From an uncultured bacterium (lineage in GTDB: Bacteria > Patescibacteriota > Minisyncoccia > Phycocordibacterales > GWA1-40-21), in assembly GCA_903831305.1 (NCBI GenBank), contig CAIKXE010000007.1:1-39360 (forward strand): a stretch of 39,360 nt of DNA. Reading direction: 5' to 3'. Shown here piece after piece: positions 6,859 to 14,260 of the stretch. A program made the translations under genes and the position numbers. The notes beneath the pieces are model-generated. The model did no database searches and was not told the origin of the DNA. It saw only the letters and a program-made list of their open reading frames with translations. How positions within the stretch are numbered: position 1 is the first letter of the stretch; each line of letters begins with the position of its first letter.

Positions 6859-7779
6859 ATGATACACGAAACAGTTCTTTTAAAAGAAACAGTAGATGGT
6901 TTGAACCTTCACCCTGGGGATGTGGTCTTTGATGGCACACTCGGTGGTGGTGGGCACAGTGCTTATGTGGCCGAGCAGTTTGGCGAGCAGGTAAGAATAA
7001 TTGCTGTAGACCGAGACAGTGAAGCACTAAAGCGTGCCGAGGAAAGGTTAAAAAAACTATCAGCAAATTATTCCTTGATCTTGTCTGATTACCGACGGAT
7101 TGCTGATGTTTTGCTAAAAGCAAAGGTGAAAAATGTACAAGGCATAATTTTAGACTTGGGCCTCAGCTCAAATCAGCTCGATGAAAGTAACCGCGGGTTT
7201 TCTTTCAAGAATGATGAGCCGTTATTTATGACTTTTGCTTTACCAGCGGAGAAACCAGTCGTAACGGCGCAGACCGTGGTAAATGATTGGAAGGAGGAGA
7301 CCCTTGCGGACATCATCTACGCTTACGGTGATGAGCGCTATGCCAAACGGATTGCCAAGAAAATTGTGGAGGAGAGAGAGGTGAAGCCCATCCTGACCAC
7401 CACAGATTTGGTGGAGATAATACGCCAGGCAGTACCGGCTGGTTATCGGAAACCTGCCCGCCAAGGTTCGGCAGGCGGGGGGAAAATCCACTTTGCCACC
7501 AGGACCTTTCAAGCCCTGCGGATGGCGGTCAATGATGAGCTCGGAGCACTGAAGGAAGGGTTGGAAAAAGGTTTTGCTTGCTTGAGTGGTGGTGGCCGGA
7601 TGAGCGTGATTTCCTTTCATAGCGGTGAGGACAGAATCGTGAAGAATTACTTTCGGGATCAAGTCAAAGCCGGAAAAGCCATTTTGATAAATAAAAAACC
7701 TATGAGCGGAAGTGCGGAGGAGCTACAGAGAAATCCTCGGGCGCGCAGTGCCAAATTACGAATAGTAGAAAAAATTTAA
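6859..7779 (+). CDS. rsmH: 16S rRNA (cytosine1402-N4)-methyltransferase RsmH
   Basis: HETVLLKE, DGTLGGGGHS, SFHSGEDRIVK and NPRARSAKLR motifs. Follows mraZ. Confidence 0.95.
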   Translation: MIHETVLLKETVDGLNLHPGDVVFDGTLGGGGHSAYVAEQFGEQVRIIAVDRDSEALKRAEERLKKLSANYSLILSDYRRIADVLLKAKVKNVQGIILDLGLSSNQLDESNRGFSFKNDEPLFMTFALPAEKPVVTAQTVVNDWKEETLADIIYAYGDERYAKRIAKKIVEEREVKPILTTTDLVEIIRQAVPAGYRKPARQGSAGGGKIHFATRTFQALRMAVNDELGALKEGLEKGFACLSGGGRMSVISFHSGEDRIVKNYFRDQVKAGKAILINKKPMSGSAEELQRNPRARSAKLRIVEKI

Positions 7780-7786
7780 TTTAAAA

Positions 7787-8119
7787 ATGTTTTGCAAAAA
7801 GAACAAAAGAATATGTAATCGTGAGCCAAACAAGATTTGGTTTTGGGCATTGGTGGTGGCTCTGTTTTTTGGAGCGGTTTCATATGGTTATTTTGTTCGG
7901 GGCACTATTGTCAATGTAGTAGCTAGACAGAGTATGCAGACTGAAATCACTGCCTTGGACACCGCTGTTTTGGATTTGGAATCACAATATATCAAAGCTA
8001 AGAATAGTGTTACTTATGAGTTGGCAGAGCAGTTGGGCTTTGTCACCGTCACTAATCAGAAGTTTGTTACTAGAAATACTGCTAATCTTGGTCTTTCGCT
8101 GGTGACACCAGAGCGCTAA
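7787..8119 (+). CDS. ftsL: Cell division protein FtsL-like (single TM plus coiled coil)
   Basis: 110 aa with one TM helix (IWFWALVVALFFGAVSYGYFV) followed by a helical segment. Sits in the conserved slot between rsmH and ftsI. The call rests on position and architecture only. Confidence 0.6.
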   Translation: MFCKKNKRICNREPNKIWFWALVVALFFGAVSYGYFVRGTIVNVVARQSMQTEITALDTAVLDLESQYIKAKNSVTYELAEQLGFVTVTNQKFVTRNTANLGLSLVTPER

Positions 8120-8126
8120 GTAAAAT

Positions 8127-9839
8127 ATGAATAATAAAGGTGAAAAGAACAGAATCAGATTAATTTTATTTGGCTTTGTTTTTTTTGCTCTAATTTTAGG
8201 TGTCCGTTTATACTATATTCAGATTATTCACGGGTCAGAATATGTTGATAAAGCGGATAGACAATATGTCTCCTTGGCCAGCAATATATTTGATCGGGGC
8301 AATATTTTTTTTCAGGATAAAGACGGTATGCCTCTAGCCGCCGCTTCACTCTCTACTGGCTATAATATCTCTATTAACCCACAAAAAATGACTGACCTGG
8401 AAGTCGCCTATAACGGTCTTTCTGCTATCATTCCCCTGGATTTGGATACCTTTTATCTTAAGGCCAATCAGAAAAGTACCGTCTATCAAAAGATAGCTGA
8501 GCATTTATCACCAGAAATGATCAATCAGGTTGAGGAACTTAAAATCCCTGGTCTTAGTATAAACAAAGAGCGCTGGCGTACCTATCCGGGTGACAGTACC
8601 GCGGCTCGAGTTTTAGGCTTTGTTGGTTATGATGGAGACAGCCTGGTCGGGCGGTATGGCTTGGAAAAATATTATGAGGATGTGTTGGCTAGAAAAAATA
8701 ACCAGGCGTATGTGAACTTTTTTGCGGAGATTTTTTCTAATCTTAAGCAAACGATCGATTCTAACTATAAAAGCGAGGGAGAGATAATTACTTCACTTGA
8801 GCCAACGGTTGAAAATTATTTAGAAAAAAAGGTTACCGAGATACAGGCAAAATATAATTCAGCTGTAACCGGCGGAATAGTGATAGATCCGATGACTGGT
8901 GAAATCATTGCCTTGGCTGCCGCCCCGACATTTGATTTAAATAATTTTAGTCAAGAAAAGGATTTGAGTGTTTTTAATAATCCCTTGGTGGAAGGCTTGT
9001 ATGAGATGGGTTCTATCATCAAGCCTTTGACTATGGCAGCTGGTATTGATTCCGGCGCCGTAAATGCTGAGACTATTTATAATGATACGGGTTCAATCAC
9101 ACTGGATACCTACACTATTAGTAATTATGATAAGAAGGCCAGAGGGCAAGTAAATATGCAGGAAGTTCTAAATCAGTCATTAAACCTGGGCGTTTCATTT
9201 GTGGTAAGAAAAATGGGGAAAGAGAAATTTGCGGATTATATGCGCGCTTTCGGTTTGGACGAGGAGACCGGTATTGATTTGCCGAGTGAGAATCATGGAC
9301 GTATGCAAAATTTGGAAAGTCCGCGTGATATAGAATATGCCACGGCGTCCTTTGGGCAGGGTATTTCCATGACTCCAATAGAGACAGTCCGTGCGCTCTC
9401 GGCCTTGGCCAATGGTGGTAAATTAGTTACTCCCCATATTGTAAAAAGGATAAACTATACTTCCGGATTATTCAATAATATCTCATATGTGAACGAGGCC
9501 AAGCAAGTGATTAAAAAAGAGACCTCTGAAGAGATATCACGGATGCTTACCGTGGTGGTAGATAAAGCTCTAGCTGGGGGGAAGGTGAGTTTGCCAAACT
9601 ATAGTGTCGCCGCTAAGACCGGGACTGCCCAGATTGCCAAACCGGGCGGTGGGTATTATGATGATAGATGGCTGCACTCCTTTTTTGGTTATTTTCCGTC
9701 ATATAATCCAAAATTTCTAGTTTTTCTTTATACGGTAGAGCCCAAAGGAGTGGACTTTGCTTCTCAGACTCTTACGACCCCATTTATGGACACTGCCAAG
9801 TTTTTAATAAATTATTATAATATTGCGCCCGACCGCTAA
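8127..9839 (+). CDS. ftsI: Class B penicillin-binding protein / peptidoglycan D,D-transpeptidase FtsI
   Basis: 570 aa with an N-terminal TM. Motifs SxxK (GSIIKP), SxN (QSLN) and KTG (AKTGTA). dcw position. Confidence 0.85.
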   Translation: MNNKGEKNRIRLILFGFVFFALILGVRLYYIQIIHGSEYVDKADRQYVSLASNIFDRGNIFFQDKDGMPLAAASLSTGYNISINPQKMTDLEVAYNGLSAIIPLDLDTFYLKANQKSTVYQKIAEHLSPEMINQVEELKIPGLSINKERWRTYPGDSTAARVLGFVGYDGDSLVGRYGLEKYYEDVLARKNNQAYVNFFAEIFSNLKQTIDSNYKSEGEIITSLEPTVENYLEKKVTEIQAKYNSAVTGGIVIDPMTGEIIALAAAPTFDLNNFSQEKDLSVFNNPLVEGLYEMGSIIKPLTMAAGIDSGAVNAETIYNDTGSITLDTYTISNYDKKARGQVNMQEVLNQSLNLGVSFVVRKMGKEKFADYMRAFGLDEETGIDLPSENHGRMQNLESPRDIEYATASFGQGISMTPIETVRALSALANGGKLVTPHIVKRINYTSGLFNNISYVNEAKQVIKKETSEEISRMLTVVVDKALAGGKVSLPNYSVAAKTGTAQIAKPGGGYYDDRWLHSFFGYFPSYNPKFLVFLYTVEPKGVDFASQTLTTPFMDTAKFLINYYNIAPDR

Positions 9840-9843
9840 AAAA

Positions 9844-11142
9844 ATGATAAAAGAAATATTTAAAAAATGCATCGTTAAAATACTAGAACTTGAGGCTAAG
9901 GCAATTATTAAGAAATATCGGCCTCGGATTATTGCCGTGACTGGGAGCGTGGGTAAAACCTCTACCAAGGATGCCATCTATTCCGTCATGGCAAAAAACT
10001 TTTATGCTCGAAAGAGTGAAAAAAGTTTTAATAGTGACATCGGTGTACCACTGACGGTTTTGGGTTGTAATAACGCTTGGCTGAATCCCCTAAAATGGTC
10101 CAAAAACATTTGGCAGGGAGTGGATTTGATTGTTTTCAAAAAGGCTTATCCCGAGTGGCTGGTGCTTGAGGTGGGGGCGGATCGGCCTGGGGATATAAAG
10201 AAGATTACCAAATGGCTCAAGCCAGATATTGTGGTGGTGACCAAGTTTGCTTCTGTACCGGTGCATATTGAGTATTTTAAATCTAAGGATGAAGTGATAG
10301 CGGAAAAAGGCAATCTGGTGACCGCACTCAAGCACGATGGAGTTTTGATATTAAACAGTGATGATGCGGATGTCTTTGCTTTCAAAAATAAAACGACTAA
10401 TAAAATAATTACTTACGGTATGATGGGTGATGCGGAGGTTCGAGCCACAAATTACTCTGTCTATTATAAGGAGGATACAGGGGAACCTTTTGGCGTCCAT
10501 TTCAAAGTGGAGTATGCTAATAATTGTTTACCCGTAAAAATAATTGGCACCTTGGGTTATAACAATATTTATTCAGCACTTGCGGCCCTAACAGTGGGCA
10601 TTAGTTTGGGCTTGAACTTGGTGGAGGCCACGGAAAATTTGTCTCGGCATATTGCTCCGCGAGGAAGGATGAATTTAGTTAAAGGTATAAAGCGCTCCAC
10701 CATTATTGATGATACTTATAATTCCTCACCGGTGGCGCTAAATTCTGCCCTGGAGACCTTGCGTGATCTAAAAACTAAATATCGAAAGATAGCGGTGCTC
10801 GGTGATATGATGGAGCTTGGAAAACACACCAGTGATGAGCATAAACAAGCTGGTATTCTAGCGGCCACCGCTTGTGATATGCTTGTGACCGTAGGTCTGC
10901 GAGCTAGGACTATTGCTGAGAGTGCTATTGATGCCGGTTTGGATGAAGATAGTATCTTGCAGTTTGATACCTCAGTGGAGGCGGGAAAATACATTAAAGA
11001 TATTTTGCAAGAAGGGGATGTTATCCTGGTGAAAGGTTCACAGTCTGTCCGAACGGAAAAAGTGGTTAAAGAAATTATGTTTGAAACTGAACGCTCGGCA
11101 GAACTTCTGGTCCGCCAGGAGCCAGAGTGGCTGGCGAAGTAA
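9844..11142 (+). CDS. murF: UDP-N-acetylmuramoyl-tripeptide--D-alanyl-D-alanine ligase MurF
   Basis: Mur ligase P-loop VTGSVGKTSTKD, DDTYNSSP, and C-terminal ILVKGSQSVRTEKVV. I prefer the ATG at 9844 over the TTG at 9823, which overlaps ftsI. Confidence 0.85.
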   Translation: MIKEIFKKCIVKILELEAKAIIKKYRPRIIAVTGSVGKTSTKDAIYSVMAKNFYARKSEKSFNSDIGVPLTVLGCNNAWLNPLKWSKNIWQGVDLIVFKKAYPEWLVLEVGADRPGDIKKITKWLKPDIVVVTKFASVPVHIEYFKSKDEVIAEKGNLVTALKHDGVLILNSDDADVFAFKNKTTNKIITYGMMGDAEVRATNYSVYYKEDTGEPFGVHFKVEYANNCLPVKIIGTLGYNNIYSALAALTVGISLGLNLVEATENLSRHIAPRGRMNLVKGIKRSTIIDDTYNSSPVALNSALETLRDLKTKYRKIAVLGDMMELGKHTSDEHKQAGILAATACDMLVTVGLRARTIAESAIDAGLDEDSILQFDTSVEAGKYIKDILQEGDVILVKGSQSVRTEKVVKEIMFETERSAELLVRQEPEWLAK

Positions 11143-11146
11143 AAAT

Positions 11147-11680
11147 ATGAAAATAATAATTTGCACGGAAAATGGAGCCAAGGTCAAAGCCGTGAAAGAG
11201 GTTTTGGAAAAAGTCTGGATAGATTTTTCCTTAGTTACGGAAAAGTTTTCCTCAGATATTGCTGAGCAACCGTTGTCCGAGGAGGAGGGGATAAAGGGAG
11301 CCATAAACCGAGCAAATAACGCTAGGTTAAAATATCCAGGTGCGGATTATTTTATTGGGATGGAGGGGTATGTGGATACAAATAATTATGGGATGTTTCT
11401 GGCGGGGATTGTGGTGATAATAAATAAAGCGGGAAAGATGGGTATTGGCTCTAGTGCCAAGATGCCACTGCCAGATTTTATTCAAAAGAAGATTGAAGCT
11501 GGGTTTGAACTTGGACCGGTGATAAAAGAACTAATGAATGATGAGGAAAATAATATTCGTCAATATGATGGGACTAACGGTTTATTATCTAAAGGTTTAT
11601 ACAATCGGGTGGATGAATTCAAAGATGCCACTAAATGTGCCTTAGCCCCTTTTAAGTCTCCGGAGTTTTATGAAAAATAA
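11147..11680 (+). CDS. Inosine/xanthosine triphosphatase (YjjX-like non-canonical NTPase)
   Basis: 177 aa from the internal ATG at 11147, just after the murF stop. MKIIICTENGAKVKAV.., SDIAEQPLSEEEGIKGAINRANNAR and ALAPF resemble YjjX/DUF84. Confidence 0.75.
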   Translation: MKIIICTENGAKVKAVKEVLEKVWIDFSLVTEKFSSDIAEQPLSEEEGIKGAINRANNARLKYPGADYFIGMEGYVDTNNYGMFLAGIVVIINKAGKMGIGSSAKMPLPDFIQKKIEAGFELGPVIKELMNDEENNIRQYDGTNGLLSKGLYNRVDEFKDATKCALAPFKSPEFYEK

Positions 11681-11693
11681 GTTAAAATAAAAA

Positions 11694-11719
11694 GAGTCAC
11701 CCGAGGGGTCGGGTGACTC
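11694..11719 (-). terminator. Intrinsic terminator for the 11746-11997 gene
   Basis: gagtcacccg/cgggtgactc 10-bp stem with a 6-nt loop. The A-rich run on the + side gives a T-run on the minus strand. Confidence 0.6.
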
Positions 11720-11745
11720 CTCGGGTGGTATGTTGTCCCTCTTCT

Positions 11746-11997
11746 TCACGTCTGACTGGCCAGCATCTCACAGCGGTGGATCTGGATGGCCTGGACCGTT
11801 CGACCAAGCTTCTCCGCCAGTATGCGGTCGCAGGGGTGGTTTGGGCTGATGATGAGTTGTTCGTCACCTATTGTCCAGTGACTTCTGGCGTTTTTCTGGT
11901 GGACTGCTCCTTTGCGGTAGTTGCGGGCCGAGGAGATCTGCCTTTTTCGTGGGTTATTATGTCGCCACTTTTTTTCAAATAAATATCTTCCGGCCAT
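11746..11997 (-). CDS. Small basic protein with SANT/Myb-like helix-turn-helix segment (GC-rich mini-gene)
   Basis: 83 aa from ATG 11995-11997, preceded by AAGGGAG. The N-terminus is basic. HWTIGDEQLII..DRILAEKLGRTVQAIQIHR fits a W..E..L / LGRT..A...R Myb-like pattern. It has its own promoter and terminator. Confidence 0.55.
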   Translation of the reverse strand: MAGRYLFEKKWRHNNPRKRQISSARNYRKGAVHQKNARSHWTIGDEQLIISPNHPCDRILAEKLGRTVQAIQIHRCEMLASQT

Positions 11998-12052
11998 TTT
12001 GACTCCCTTTTCTTCCATGCATAGAGAACTGTCTTGTCTATTTTCTATCCAG

Positions 12053-12081
12053 ACTATATATGTGTTTGTGGATATTGGCAA
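12053..12081 (-). promoter_or_regulatory. Sigma70-type promoter for 11746-11997
   Basis: On the minus strand: TTGCCA (12076-12081), 17-nt spacer, TATAGT (12053-12058). Confidence 0.5.
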
Positions 12082-12105
12082 GTTAAATAAATAAATAAAT
12101 AAGTT

Positions 12106-12133
12106 TTGATTTTTCTGTAAAAAATGTTATATT
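12106..12133 (+). promoter_or_regulatory. Candidate promoter for tRNA-Glu
   Basis: TTGATT (12106-12111), 16-nt spacer, TATATT (12128-12133), about 18 nt upstream of the tRNA. Confidence 0.4.
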
Positions 12134-12151
12134 CATTTTGTCGGAAATACT

Positions 12152-12223
12152 GGCCCTATCGTCTATCGGTTAGGACGGAGCCTTCTCAAGGCTCAAAGCG
12201 CAGTTCGATTCTGCGTAGGGTCA
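12152..12223 (+). tRNA. tRNA-Glu(CUC)
   Basis: Manual cloverleaf. Acceptor ggcccta/tagggtc (one G-U), D stem gtc/gac, anticodon stem gagcc/ggctc with loop ttCTCaa, 4-nt variable loop, T arm cgcag-ttcgatt-ctgcg, discriminator a. No encoded CCA. Confidence 0.9.
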
Positions 12224-12405
12224 CAAAATGAGGTCACGAATTTTGTGACCCTAAGTAAGCAAATGACTTTGCTTACGTCCAGAATCGAACGGCGGAGTAA
12301 ATTTTTTTAGCAGAAAAAATAACGAGCCGGTGCCTAGGCAAATTTGAGCGACGGCGAGAATTTAGCCGAAGGAGAATGGGTATTCCCGTTTCTGCGTAGG
12401 GTCAC
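12210..12405 (+). repeat. 196-nt direct repeat unit, copy 1 (starts inside the tRNA 3' end and ends with a second copy of that 3' end)
   Basis: Near-identical to 13247-13440. Contains perfect hairpins tagggtcacaaaat/attttgtgacccta (12216-12253) and gtaagcaaa/tttgcttac (12255-12276). Ends with ttctgcgtagggtcac (12390-12405), the same 16 nt as tRNA positions 12209-12224. Confidence 0.9.
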
Positions 12406-12454
12406 CGCGTCAAACGCGGTGTAGCACGTCAGACGTGCTCACCAAACAAAAACG

Positions 12455-12712
12455 ATGCATTATGTATACCTATTATTAAGTCTAAAAGATAATGGATTGT
12501 ATATTGGTTATACGAATGATTTGAAGAGAAGATTTGAGCAACATAATAAAGGATTATCTCTATCAACTAAATATCGCCTACCCTTTAAATTAGTTTTCTA
12601 TGAATGTTTTTCAAATTCAACAGACGCTCGTAGTAGAGAAAAATATTTAAAAAGTGGGTACGGCCGGCAACAGCTTAAAGACATATTAAAGAACACTTTT
12701 AATAAAGTATAG
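12455..12712 (+). CDS. Stand-alone GIY-YIG (URI-type) nuclease domain protein
   Basis: 85 aa. YVYLLLSLKDNGLYIGYTNDLKRRFEQHN carries the GIY..YIG..R..H/N core, and REKYLKSGYGR is typical of the short UPF0213-like family. No obvious SD sequence. Confidence 0.8.
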   Translation: MHYVYLLLSLKDNGLYIGYTNDLKRRFEQHNKGLSLSTKYRLPFKLVFYECFSNSTDARSREKYLKSGYGRQQLKDILKNTFNKV

Positions 12713-12770
12713 ATAATATTGTGGTTCACGCTATTTTGTTTGCGAAGCAACCTTATAATTTTGATGAAAA

Positions 12771-12808
12771 AATTTAGCCGAAGGAGAATGGGTATTCCTG
12801 TTTCTGCG
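12771..12808 (+). repeat. Partial third copy of the repeat-unit 3' end
   Basis: aatttagccgaaggagaatgggtattcctgtttctgcg matches 12359-12396 with 1 mismatch. It diverges at cacaatcac (versus tagggtcac). Confidence 0.8.
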
Positions 12809-12817
12809 CACAATCAC

Positions 12818-12846
12818 TTGACAAAGTATGATGATACATATATGAT
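12818..12846 (+). promoter_or_regulatory. Near-consensus sigma70 promoter for 12891-13127
   Basis: TTGACA (12818-12823), 17-nt spacer, TATGAT (12841-12846), directly abutting the partial repeat. Confidence 0.55.
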
Positions 12847-12890
12847 AGTGAATAGAAAAAGCCTCAACAAAATATAGAAAGGGGGCCCTT

Positions 12891-13127
12891 GTGACAAAGC
12901 GCGGAAACAGAACTGCGTATGGTATACCATTTATTTGGGACAACCATTGCTGGTGCACTGTGCCATCAGAGACGATGCAGAAGGTTCGTATCACCCCGTC
13001 CAAGATGGAAGGTGGCGCCTGGGCAGTATTTGATGCTCGAGGAGAGATGCACGAATTGATTGGTGAGGATGTGGAAAAAAGAGCCTTCGCAATCGCGGTG
13101 GCATTCGCTGAACAAAAGGAGCACTAG
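12891..13127 (+). CDS. Hypothetical small protein (GC-rich mini-gene, 78 aa)
   Basis: GTG start preceded by AAAGGGGG (5-nt spacing). Promoter upstream and terminator downstream. No recognisable domain. Confidence 0.5.
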   Translation: MTKRGNRTAYGIPFIWDNHCWCTVPSETMQKVRITPSKMEGGAWAVFDARGEMHELIGEDVEKRAFAIAVAFAEQKEH

Positions 13128-13147
13128 GGCAAGAACCTAGAATCGCA

Positions 13148-13182
13148 AACCCTACGGTAGCCAACCAGCACCGTGGGGTTTT
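13148..13182 (+). terminator. Intrinsic terminator
   Basis: aaccctacgg/ccgtggggtt 10-bp stem (one G-U) with a 13-nt loop, followed by tt..ttt. Confidence 0.5.
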
Positions 13183-13246
13183 AAACTTTAACAAATAATT
13201 TTGTTCCACCCTTTTACCATTGTCTCTAAAGTGTTCCATTCCAGAC

Positions 13247-13440
13247 TCTGTAGGGTCACAAAATGAGGTCACGAATTTTGTGACCCTAAGTAAGCAAATG
13301 ATTTTGCTTACGTCCAGAATCGAACGGCGGAGTAAATTTTTTTAGCAGAAAAAATAACGAGCCGGTGCCTAGGCAAATTTGAGCGACGGCGAGAATTTAG
13401 CCGAAGGAGAATGGGTATTCCCGTTTCTGCGTAGGGTCAC
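13247..13440 (+). repeat. Direct repeat unit, copy 2 (194 nt)
   Basis: Identical to 12210-12405 except for a CG deletion in the leading tRNA-end segment (tctgtagggtcac) and one substitution (c12267 versus t13302, in a hairpin loop). Ends with ttctgcgtagggtcac (13425-13440). Confidence 0.9.
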
Positions 13441-13543
13441 AAAAGCGGGTTTTTAGGCTATTGACAAACTTATAGTAATTTGCCACTCTTTGAGTAGAGA
13501 AAGAGTCATTTTTCTGAATCACGCGCTCAACCAGGAGAAGGGT

Positions 13544-13744
13544 ATGAAGTACAAAGTGTGGGTATGCAAGATCGTAGTCGCAGAAGGTGAGAAAACACCT
13601 CCGGGATTTGACTCGGAATTGCGCACAGCAGCTGTCAGTGTGGTAGAGAGCCGTGGTGTTCAGGTTCTGTCATGTGCCAGTGGCTGGTATGAAGAGCCAG
13701 CCCAGACACTGGACGACATCACCCTCGGCTCTGAAGTATCGTAA
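13544..13744 (+). CDS. Hypothetical small protein (GC-rich mini-gene, 66 aa)
   Basis: ATG at 13544 preceded by AGGAGAAGGG. A strong terminator follows immediately. I prefer this ATG over the RBS-less start at 13490. No recognisable domain. Confidence 0.5.
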   Translation: MKYKVWVCKIVVAEGEKTPPGFDSELRTAAVSVVESRGVQVLSCASGWYEEPAQTLDDITLGSEVS

Positions 13745-13797
13745 ACCGCCTCACGTGGCAAGGAATTCCGCCTTGCATACGTGAGGCGGTTTTCTTT
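13743..13797 (+). terminator. Strong intrinsic terminator
   Basis: aaaccgcctcacgt/acgtgaggcggttt 14-bp stem with an inner ggcaagg/ccttgc helix, followed by a T-run. Confidence 0.7.
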
Positions 13798-13842
13798 AAT
13801 GTTTCATCTCAGATCTTGTAAACTCACAAAATGAGGTAATTG

Positions 13843-13876
13843 AAAAGACGCTCGAGCAGGGGCCCGAGCGTCTTTG
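13843..13876 (-). terminator. Intrinsic terminator for 13894-14163
   Basis: aaagacgctcg/cgagcgtcttt 11-bp stem. On the minus strand it is followed by TTTT. Confidence 0.5.
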
Positions 13877-13893
13877 TGGTGAGGGCGGCTTGC

Positions 13894-14163
13894 TCAGTCC
13901 TTGAAGGGACTGCGAGCCGCCGCGATTTGCTCCTCCGTGTAGCGGGGGAGCCGGGGCAGAGGGCGGGTCAGGTGGCGCTCTGTAGCTGCCACTCTGGCTC
14001 GTGCCGCTCCGTGTTGGCCGAGAGTTTGGCAGATGCCACGGTACTCGCCTTCTCCTCCGCCGAACTCCGTGCAGGCCACGGCAGCCGCATACGGAGCAGC
14101 TACGTGCCGCTCTCGCATCACGGCGGCAGCCCTCGCGGTCATTTTCTCAACTTGGGTTGGCAT
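13894..14163 (-). CDS. Hypothetical Ala/Arg-rich small protein (GC-rich mini-gene, 89 aa)
   Basis: ATG preceded by AAGGAG (9-nt spacing). Consensus promoter upstream and terminator downstream, all on the minus strand. Visibly above 60% GC. Confidence 0.55.
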   Translation of the reverse strand: MPTQVEKMTARAAAVMRERHVAAPYAAAVACTEFGGGEGEYRGICQTLGQHGAARARVAATERHLTRPLPRLPRYTEEQIAAARSPFKD

Positions 14164-14214
14164 GGGTCATTACTCCTTTAGTTTACCCCGCAACTCCAAT
14201 ACAATCTACATAGT

Positions 14215-14244
14215 ATTATAACGCACTTAATAGCCTTTTGTCAA
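14215..14244 (-). promoter_or_regulatory. Consensus sigma70 promoter for 13894-14163
   Basis: On the minus strand: TTGACA (14239-14244), 17/18-nt spacer, TATAAT (14215-14220). Confidence 0.55.
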
Positions 14245-14260
14245 GCTCTTAAAATACGGC

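Noticed and set aside
6581-7123. 180-aa minus-strand ORF spanning mraZ and rsmH
   Set aside because: It is antisense to two well-supported conserved genes, has a low-complexity His/Gln/Leu composition, and lacks start context.
11713-11982. 89-aa plus-strand ORF antisense to 11746-11997
   Set aside because: Its start lies inside the terminator hairpin and it has no RBS. The minus-strand gene has a promoter, RBS and terminator.
12085-12100. (AAAT)4 microsatellite between the divergent promoters at the tRNA locus
   Set aside because: Four units in an AT-rich spacer are within chance expectation. There is no evidence that it affects -35/-10 spacing of either promoter.
12277-12290. Reverse-strand tRNA-like T-loop (ccgttcgattctgg)
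   Set aside because: The flanking bases cannot form a T stem, acceptor stem or anticodon arm. It is better explained as an inverted partial copy of the tRNA-Glu 3' end.
12210-13440. Repeats as a possible CRISPR array
   Set aside because: There are only two full copies, each 194-196 nt long, plus one fragment. The intervening segments are 365-840 nt and contain genes. There are no short regular repeat-spacer units and no cas genes.
13840-14213. Plus-strand ORFs (113, 70 and 62 aa) overlapping the 13894-14163 minus-strand gene
   Set aside because: High GC generates long ORFs on both strands. Only the minus-strand frame has an SD, a consensus promoter and a downstream terminator.
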